NCBI GenBank assembly: GCA_964016885.1
Contig: OZ024741.1
Location: 143,592,001 to 143,656,000, forward strand
Length of the DNA: 64,000 nucleotides
Direction of reading: 5' to 3'
DNA from: Eledone cirrhosa
Taxonomy: Eukaryota
Below are positions 55,508 to 64,000 of the stretch, one piece after another. The notes below the pieces were generated by a model that worked only from the letters and a program-made list of their open reading frames with translations, was not told the DNA's origin and did not search any database. The translations under genes and the position numbers were made by a program. The first letter of the stretch is position 1. Every line of letters starts with the position of its first letter.

Positions 55508-55810
55508 CAACTCAACCTGTCCATAATGTCTCATAGGTAAGCTACACTGACACACACCTACATACATACAGACACCTCTATATGCAAACATCCACTCAAC
55601 CTATCCATAATGTCTTATCCCAGGTTGTCTCCACAGATATATACATGTACACATACAAACAGATGCATATACACATACATCCACTCAACCTATCCATAAT
55701 ATCTTGTTTCGGTAGGCTACACTAACACATGCCGACATACAAACACACCATCCATACACATATACCCACTCAACTTGTCTATAATATTTCGTTACAGATA
55801 GGGTACAACT
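55508..55810 (+). repeat. ~86-bp minisatellite (4 units) in AKR intron 4
   Basis: CTCAAC(C/T)T.TC.ATAAT at 55511, 55595, 55684 and 55769. Confidence 0.85.
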
Positions 55811-55976
55811 TACTGTGGCGTACCATAGAACATGACGTTCAACCACTTTGTGTGGAGAAAAACATTTCCATTTTGGCTTATTCACCTCTACAACAAGGTT
55901 TACTTACTGGGAAATACCTAGCCCCAGATAGTTTACCTGAGGGTCGAAGACGTGGCAAACTCTTCTCAAAATCCAG
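55798..55976 (+). CDS. AKR exon 5
   Basis: TTACAG acceptor; IGYNLLWRTIEHDVQPLCVEKNISILAYSPLQQGLLTGKY...KLFSKS includes the YSPLxxGLLTGK cofactor-binding motif; donor AG|GTGACA, phase 2. Confidence 0.95.
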
Positions 55977-56042
55977 GTGACATTTCCATGATTTTTTTAA
56001 GTTAAACATTAAAAAAAAAAAAAAAAAAATTGTTTTGTTTAA

Positions 56043-56507
56043 AAGCTACCACGATATGAATTGGGCAGTAAATGTTAAAAATATGACAACAATGATGTTA
56101 GGTTGTTACCTTGCAGTTCTTTATATGTTTAAAGGATAAAATCCCTTCATCGAAAGGTTAATAGAAGAAACTATATGGCAGCTTAAGAGTGTTTTTTTTT
56201 TCTATTAATCTTTTAATGAGATTTTATCCTGAAATATAAGGAGCTATAAAGGACTGCAAGGTAACATCCTAACATTATTATATTTTTAACATGCAGTATC
56301 GGTAGAGGGTCGGACGCCATGCTTTCCAGCATAGTTACGTCCCTTTATGATCTGAGTTCAAATCCCGCCGAGGTTGACTTTGCCTTTCATCCTTACGGGG
56401 TCGATAAAATAAAGTACCAGTAATGCACTAGGTAATTTGCTGGCCTTGTGCCTAAAGTAGAAACAATTATATTTTTAACATTTACTTTCCAATTTACATT
56501 GTGAGCT
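56043..56507. mobile_element. Palindromic MITE-like element interrupted by a SINE
   Basis: Arms GTAAATGTTAAAAATAT..ATGTTAGG.TGTTACCTTGCAGT and ACTGCAAGGTAACA.CCTAACAT..ATATTTTTAACATTTAC are reverse complements. Confidence 0.7.
56293..56465 (+). mobile_element. tRNA-SINE with 16-bp TSD
   Basis: TSD ATTATATTTTTAACAT at 56277-56292 and 56466-56481. Further decayed copies lie at ~48850-49050, 56660-56810, 61970-62155 and 62260-62420. Confidence 0.92.
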
Positions 56508-57029
56508 GTGAAACAAAACTTTTGTTTTCTTAATTCTTTTGTTGCCATATTTCAAGTGAAAATCACGTTAGTCAAATTCGGTGGTCCAATTAATTGACTA
56601 AACTCTGCCACTTAAAATATAGGAGCTTTATGTCATTTTGTTAGGAATTGTTATTAGTAAAGGTGGATGTGGATTGGCAGTATTGGTAGAGCGTATGACA
56701 GTGCTTTGCGGTATTTGTTCCAATTCTCTATTTAAATCCAGCTGAGGTCGATGTGTCGATGTAACCAACTTTCCCTCCCCACTGGGCATTGTGCCTAGAT
56801 TAAAAATTATTATTGTGGGGCATGTAAAAAACCTGTAGTCGCAGGCGAAATGCCTTGCTGTATTTAGTTACCTCCCTTTAGTATTCCGTTATCTCCCTTG
56901 AAAATTTGTACTAAAATTCTACCAAATTTCACGTCAAATGTTCCACAGTAGGACTGAACCCGATCCCATGTGCTATTCAGTTGTGAAGCCTTGATTTTGC
57001 CTCTATACATTTCTTCCTTTTATTTTCAG

Positions 57030-57081
57030 TACTACAATGTCTCGTCATGGTCAAGATGGACACGAAAAACTTGTATTTGAA
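57030..57081 (+). CDS. AKR exon 6
   Basis: TTTTCAG acceptor; completes the split Ser codon, then TTMSRHGQDGHEKLVFE; donor GTAAGT; restores phase 0 exactly. Confidence 0.88.
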
Positions 57082-58113
57082 GTAAGTATTCTAAGACTAT
57101 TTCTCTCACTATCCCTAGAACTACATATGTTTTTCTTCTTCAGGGTGTTATTTCAATGGTAATTGGCTGCTGTTTTTAGCAAGACAAATGACCATGTAGT
57201 AGAGATTCTTTTATTGAGTTATAGCTCGGGCAGTTTTCTTCATGGGTCAGTTTATCTGAGAAAGAAAAGAATTTTATATGACATAAGGAAAGCATCCAGC
57301 CATAGAAAAGCAAGCCCAAAACGGAACATTACAACCCATCTAACCCATTCAAGTATGGAAAATAAAAATAAGAGGGTGCTGGAGTTTACTTGAAGCATTA
57401 TGTAAAGTGTTTATTTATTAGAAAGTTACAGCAATTGGAATAAAATTCCATCATCAAAAAAAAAATCGAGGAAACTAATTTGAAGCAGGATAGAAGAAGA
57501 AATCCGAAATGGTTTTGAGGGTCAGAAGGAGTCTGTTGATGACAGAAAGTGATGTCTGAACTGGATTTGTGGGTAAAAAAATGCATTTAGTTTCGAGGCA
57601 AATGGTTGGTGCCCTCTCTGGAAACGCGTGAGACAACCTCAAATTAAGACTGACAGCAACATTGTAAAAATAGTTCTGGATATTTGTAGATGACATACAA
57701 GCATCCCTGTGCACCTGGAACACTAAATGAGGGAAACCTAATACTACCTTGTATATACCGCTCAACTTTGGTATATACAGGGTAGTAATTGTTGCTATTG
57801 TGATTTTAATGATCATTGTTAGTTGAGCCACAAATACTAATATACCCAACAACCTTAAACTTTCAAACCATATTCATTTTCATTTTAACTTCTGAACAAA
57901 CATCTCCAATGTGTAAAAGTTGGAGATTGTGGTGGGTATACCAGTAATTTTGCTTCTATTATCACACATCACCAGGCTCATAACTACTACTACTAGTACC
58001 TCTTCTACTTTCTTTCAAATTGTATAATTTTTCTTTGCTTTGTCCTATCACCCTTGAAATTAGGAAATTATGCAATCGTAAGGAAATAATTCCTATTTGT
58101 ACTTTGTTTGCAG

Positions 58114-58275
58114 ACAATTGGTAAATTGAAAGAAATCTGTTCAGAAGCTGACATCAATATGTCTGTGGCTAGTCTCTCATGGTTGCTACAACAACAGAAT
58201 GTCCCCTCTGTAATTGTTGGAGCTCGTAACCCGGAACAGATTGAACAAAATGTTCAGACTGTGAAATTATCTCAG
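58114..58275 (+). CDS. AKR exon 7
   Basis: TTGCAG acceptor; TIGKLKEICSEADINMSVASLSWLLQQQNVPSVIVGARNPEQIEQNVQTVKLSQ is the AKR C-terminal NADP(H)-binding region; donor GTATGT, phase 0. Confidence 0.95.
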
Positions 58276-58587
58276 GTATGTAGTAATTTTATTTTCAGGG
58301 TTTTTGGTTTCTTTTTTCTGTGAAAGGCTGAGTAACTGCATGTTGAGGGCATGAGTGAATATATTCTGTCAAGATCGTTGTATAAGTGTGTTGGTGTTTT
58401 GACACATGCTTAAGTTTAGCTGGCCTCCTATGAGGTTACATCTTAGACAATGGAATCATACACAGCCTTAAAAAGATGGGTTGATCAAGGCAAAAATATT
58501 TTTGATCAAAGCTGACCTGGGGCGAAACAACTTATACAAAACAATGTTGGGTGAAAACGATTATATACATACATAATACACATGCAT

Positions 58588-58626
<39 letters not shown>

Positions 58627-58776
58627 TTCCATATGAATGTAACGATTCTAGTCCAGTAGAAGTTTCTATGTCAAATAAATATGCTTCTTCTCTACTTATG
58701 TATTCAGTACTTTATCTAACTTTTTATTTTTCTGACCCCCCCTTCAGAAAACCATCCTTAAATAAATAAATATATA

Positions 58777-59685
58777 TCATCATCATCGTTTAACGTCCAT
58801 GTTCCACGCTTGCATGGGTTTGGACGGGAGTTTTCCCACTTGAGGCAAGAGTGGTTGTCTTGCTCGCATAGGACTGTCTGACGGGTTTTCTACAGCTGGA
58901 TGCCCTTCCTAACACCAACCACATTTACAGTGTGGGACTGGGAGGTTTTTACCGTGTTGCCTACACGGCCACATTACAGCGTGGACTGTGTGTTTTTTTT
59001 TGTCGTGACACCTACACGATCTCATTTGTTTTGGCCTGGATGTTGTGGCACCAACATAACTTTACATTGAAAGGGGTGGTGTGGATGGGGTGGGGGTGGT
59101 GGGACGGGGGTGTATTTTGTTAGATGCCTACTGACTGTAGTAGGTTTTACTTTGTATTTAGGTAAGGCGGGTCTTCTCTATTACTGAGTACCGCCAAAGA
59201 TCTCGGTTCAGTGACATTGTCTTGGAGAGGTGTAAGTGTGTGAGGTCGGAATTTATCAGGTCGTCCCAGGTTTTTCTGGGTCTGCCTACTCCGTGGCTAC
59301 CGTCTATCTTTATTGCCCTGCACTTCTTTATACAGCTGTCGTCTTTCATGCGCATCACGTGACCATACCAACGTGGCCTTCTCTCGAGTAAACAACATCT
59401 GATCCCTCTTATTTCTAATTTTTGCCTTAGTTCGTTTATGCTTTGCCGTTCACGTATATTACTATTACATATCCAGCGGAGCATGCAAGCTTCGTTCCTC
59501 TCTAGTCTGCGTATATCCTCTGCACACAATGCCCAGGTCTCACTGCCATGCAACATTGCTGTTCGTATGCAGGCATCATACAACCTGCCTTTCATTTTTA
59601 GGGAGAACCCTTTAGCGGCTAATAGTGGTATAAGCTCTCTGAACTTTTTCCATCCAGTTCTGACTCTAGCTACAGTACTTTCAGA
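58777..59685 (-). mobile_element. 5'-truncated RTE-clade LINE (open C-terminal ORF plus 3' UTR)
   Basis: ORF 59158..59697 has ARVRTGWKKFREL...KGRLYDAC.R.AMLHGSETW...RWYGHVMRM...GRPRKTW; (GAT)n tail at ~58777. Confidence 0.92.
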
Positions 59686-59693
59686 GATATATA

Positions 59694-59738
<45 letters not shown>

Positions 59739-60685
59739 CATATCATCAAAGTCTATTTTTCTACACTTGCATGGGTTAGATGTGTTGTCACATTGAGACA
59801 ATTTAGATCAGGTGACCATGTCTTGCTCATGTGGATCTATATCTTGGCTTGGTCTCTCTGGCTGGATGTCCTTTCTATTGCTAACCATATTACAGTTTCG
59901 ACTGGGTACTTTTTATGGTAGTATCAAAACGACCATCTAACAAAGTGGACTGGCTGCTTTTACAGTGTCTACACACACGCACACACACACACCATTGTTT
60001 TTAAGTTAGTTTTTCATGCTTGCATGGGTTGGATGTGATCTTTTTTAGGCATATTTTCTGTTTGGATGCCTTTCCCAATACCAATCCTTATCTTATTCCA
60101 AATATATTTCATTCAACTGGTATGCTTTAGGACGTATTGTTTATGTGAAGAACATTCTCTCACAAGGCATCAAAATTAATACTCATATGATAGTAAGTGC
60201 GATATGTGAATTTGTACAAAATATAGGGTGACAAATTTTCTGTTTCAAAATTTCCTTAATTCCATTTTTACTTTTGGTAAATTCTTTTTTTTTTTAATTT
60301 TCAATTTTGATAGATTCGTTTTTTTAAAATTGCAATAGATTTTACTATAAATATTATTAAAACAAGGAAAACAAAATCAAAATTAAAAGTTTTATCACAT
60401 TTAAAGAAATAGCAGCTATCTTCAACAAAAATTAAAATAACTTTTTAAAATTCAAATCAAGAAACAAATTACATGTAAGAGTATGGAAGGGATGAGTTTT
60501 AGGAAAATATTAGTCATGAAAATTGTTCTGCTACGGGCCATACAAAAGTAGTTTGCAGGTTGCATGTTTGAGACTCCTGCTGTAAGGCGTTCATAATGGT
60601 GCCATGATAAAAAAGCATCCAGTCCAGCCTGGTCACATTGGTGTCACAACAAAAAGTACCTAATCTACCCAATAAGGAGGTCATA

Positions 60686-61029
60686 TGGAGGCACATGGCT
60701 TAGTGGTTAGAGCATTGGCTTTGCAATCGAAAGGTTGTGGGTTCAATTCTCAGACCAGGTGATGTGTTGTTTCCTTGAGCAAGACACTTTATTTCATATT
60801 GCTCCAGTTTACTCAGCTGTAGAAATGAGATGATAGGACTGGGGTCCATATCATTCCACTGCAAAGTGTTCGTGGAGGTGCCACAGCAAAAAAAGCACCC
60901 AGCACTCACTGTAAATGAGGTTGGTGTTAGGAAGGGCATCCAGCTGTAGAAATCATGCCAGCATCAGTTCCCGTCCCACCCTTGCAAGCAGGGAAAAAGC
61001 GGACGTAAAATGAAATGATGATGAAATGA
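60686..61029 (+). mobile_element. Composite SINE, same family as 2702-3038, in AKR intron 7
   Basis: Reverse complement closely matches 2702-3038 (ORF 60700..60939 mirrors ORF 2785..3024). Confidence 0.85.
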
Positions 61030-61576
61030 TACTGGGGCCACAAAAAATGCTCCCAGTTCACCCTGTAAAACAGTTAGCATACGGAACGTCATCCAGCTGT
61101 AGAAAAGCAAACCAAAAGATAGAACATATGTGCAAGACGTGGTCACCTTTCAAACCCATGCATAGTAAATAGAGGTTAAATGGTGATGATGTTGATGTCT
61201 GTCTTTTATATATGGTAGGGAGGATTTGGGGGATACTTGGTTGTTATTTCCAGCAAAGGGGTGGAGAGAGAGACAATACAAAACTACTCCTCCCTCTGCT
61301 GGACAATACAATTAACCCCCCCCCCCCTTCCCTTAACTGGACACCAACACTGTCACTCCACCTTCTTCCCTCTACTCGGCACCAACAGTCACTCCACCTT
61401 CTTTCCCTCTACTAGACAACACTGTCACCCCCATTTCCTCTTCTAGACAAGTCAATCCACCCCCTTGCCTATGCTGGACAACCACACACACATACACGCA
61501 CCTATATATTTCTTGTCTATTTCATCGGCTGTTTTGTTTATTTTTTAATCTTTGTTATATTTCTATTCCATGACAG

Positions 61577-61672
61577 GACGTGTTGAAAAAGATGACTGAG
61601 GCTAGCGATAATCTGCAGCAAGCAGTTGGCAAAACTCTTGACCAGTGGGCCACTCCTGACCGCTGTGAGTAA
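61577..61672 (+). CDS. AKR exon 8 (terminal coding exon)
   Basis: GACAG acceptor after a T-rich tract; DVLKKMTEASDNLQQAVGKTLDQWATPDRCE then TAA; the joined CDS is 336 aa with no internal stop. Confidence 0.85.
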   Translation, partial: DVLKKMTEASDNLQQAVGKTLDQWATPDRCE

Positions 61673-64000
61673 ACAACAGCTCCACTCCAAGACATTGCAT
61701 TTGTGCACTCCACACTGCACAGACACCCAAGGACAGACTGCTGGAATATTTAACTCTTTTTAAGACTAACTCACCTGAGATCTCCCCTACCTACTTCAGT
61801 TCTACAATAGACAACTGTTCAGTTTTAAGTTGTTCATATTTAAATTGAAAACCTTCCATAATATGCTCGGGGTCTTACATCAAATTATGTTTCAGATACC
61901 CGCTTAATATAGAAAAATGAATGTTAGAAATATAGTCTAAGGGATAACTTAAGAAATTATTATTAGGACAAGGGATTGGCAGAGTTGTAAGACAAATGCT
62001 TAGTGGTATTTATTGAGTTCAAATCCTGCCTTGGTTAATTTTGCCTTTTATCCTTCTGGGCTGATAAACTAAAGTACCAGTAAAGTACTTAGTTCAATAT
62101 AATCAACTTCCCCCTCCCCCAAAATTGTTAGCTTTGTGCCTAAAGTCGAAATCATTACTTCAGCCTTACCTTACATATTCTAAATTTGGAATGATAAAAA
62201 GATGGGCATGGCTCTGTGAAAGGATAAATAAATTTGTGAAGCATTCCATATTTTTTTTCAGGGTGGTGGATTGGCAGAATCAGTAGACCATCAAACAAAA
62301 TGCTTTGCAGCATTTATTATGGCTATTTACATTCTGAGTTCAAATCTTGAAGTCAACTTTTCTTTTCATTCTTCCATGGTCGACAAAATAAAGTACCAGT
62401 AAACTACTGGAGTTGATTTAACTGACTGCTCAGTTTGGTTTAAATTTTTGCAGGATCAACCTTACCTTTCATCTTCCTGAGGTAACAAGAAAAATTGCTT
62501 GTCTAGTTATAGGGTGATATTAATCGATTAAACACTTACCCTTTTTCGAAAATTTTTGACCTAGTTCCTATGTTATAAGTGTAGAGTACTGGGGTATTAT
62601 CTGCAAATCTTCAAGGAATTATACATTATATTTTGCCACTTTTAATACACTGCCCACAAGAGTTCTTTGGCCTTCGGTTGATTAACGACCCCCTCCCTAT
62701 ATTCTTTTCATTACCATCAAATATTAAGTTTAATTAGCTAATTTAATAAACCACTACCCAACAAAGGCAAACTTGATTTTTTTCCACAACTGTAGATTGT
62801 GCTAACATTAATTGTAATTAAAAATATCAATTTTTATTTTCTTTTGTTGTTTTGTTATTCTTCAGCCACACAGGTTTGCTCAATTAGGGCTCACCTATGA
62901 TCTAAAACATTCCAACCATGTTGCTTTTCATACTCCCTGCTATTTAGCAACTCACACTCAACAATTCTTTAGAATTCAGGCGAATACCTCATCACAATTA
63001 CAAATATTAGTAGTCTTAGTACTGACCTGATTCACTGCCAACATACCATTGTTCCATCCTTAAATCTGACTGTACACACTTTCTCATTGTCACTACTCTA
63101 ACCAACTTATTCTTTGATGCATTCACCACCAGCACAGAGTTGGCTACCTGTAGGTGAGCATCGCAAGCTCAAATCCCTCATCACCCTCCAGGGAAGCGCC
63201 TTCTCTATTCTGTCGATTTTCTCATAATAGTGAGATATGGGGATAGTGGGAGTTTGGTTCCTTTGTGTTCGGACCTGGTGTATATGTTTCACGGACATTA
63301 CCTACGTGAAAGAATCCAGAAGAGAGATTCTTTGAAGAGTTTGAAAGTTCATATCACTCACACACTCTCTGCACTTTACTTTACGGGAAACTTTGTTGAA
63401 AGTTTCCACTAAATCAAACCCCGGAAAACAAATTCTTCCTCATCTCTGTACTTCTGTAAGTGCCTCACAAAATTAAAAGAAAAAGAAATGCCTCACTTGT
63501 TCCCTTTCCGAGCACAAAACTGCATTTCAGCAACCTTCATTCTGTGTTCTAATACTTTAATTGTCCGATCAACAATAATAAACAAAGAACGTATTGAATT
63601 TTTGTTTATTGAAAATAAATTTTTTTTTTTTTTTTTTTTTAATGTTATTTAATTTGTGAGGAAGAAAATGAGTATGGGTTTTTTTTAAAAATGAAATGGA
63701 AGATATAAAAAATACAAACATTTATATAAAAATGATCACATGAGTTTATTCCAAATCACTTAAGAGAAAGAGTAAATAAAATAAATAACCACCTGAGAAA
63801 CTCATTTTTTCCAGAAGAAACCTTGGTCGTAATGTGATGTAACGACTGATAAACAAAAAACCCCCACCCCACCAGAAAAATTACAACTCCAGTTTGCCAA
63901 CCAACAAAAACTGAAGAGCTAAATGAGGACCACTAATAAAGCATCTTTTGAAAACCTTGCACAGGTTTTATTAACCAGGAATAAGAAATTTAACCCATAA

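Overview
This is AT-rich, repeat-dense eukaryotic (animal) genomic DNA. The repeat families (tRNA-derived SINEs, RTE, Tx1, R4/Dong and Penelope remnants, very long TA-type microsatellites) suggest a coleoid cephalopod, probably Octopus (inference). Bases 1-11.2 kb are almost entirely alternating purine/pyrimidine microsatellite containing a ~4.44 kb tandem duplication; all the long ORFs there are artefacts. Bases 11-26 kb are intergenic or intronic, with LINE, SINE and MITE fragments and possibly the last exons of an unidentified + strand gene. Bases 26.3-40 kb form a nested stack of dead retroelements (CR1, SINE, four Tx1-clade pieces, R4/Dong) joined at ATT/TAA tails. The only well-supported host gene is an 8-exon aldo-keto reductase on the + strand (40664-61672, 336 aa, intact D-Y-K-H tetrad) that resembles bacterial AKR11-type enzymes. 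The most interesting signals are: (i) a SINE that shares its 3' tail and ATTA target with the Tx1 LINE, an apparent Tx1/SINE partnership; (ii) a minimal hammerhead ribozyme next to a 50-bp hairpin; (iii) a multi-level fold-back in AKR intron 1; (iv) a minisatellite made of duplicated 3' splice sites in AKR intron 4. Family names come from motif recognition only; no database search was run.
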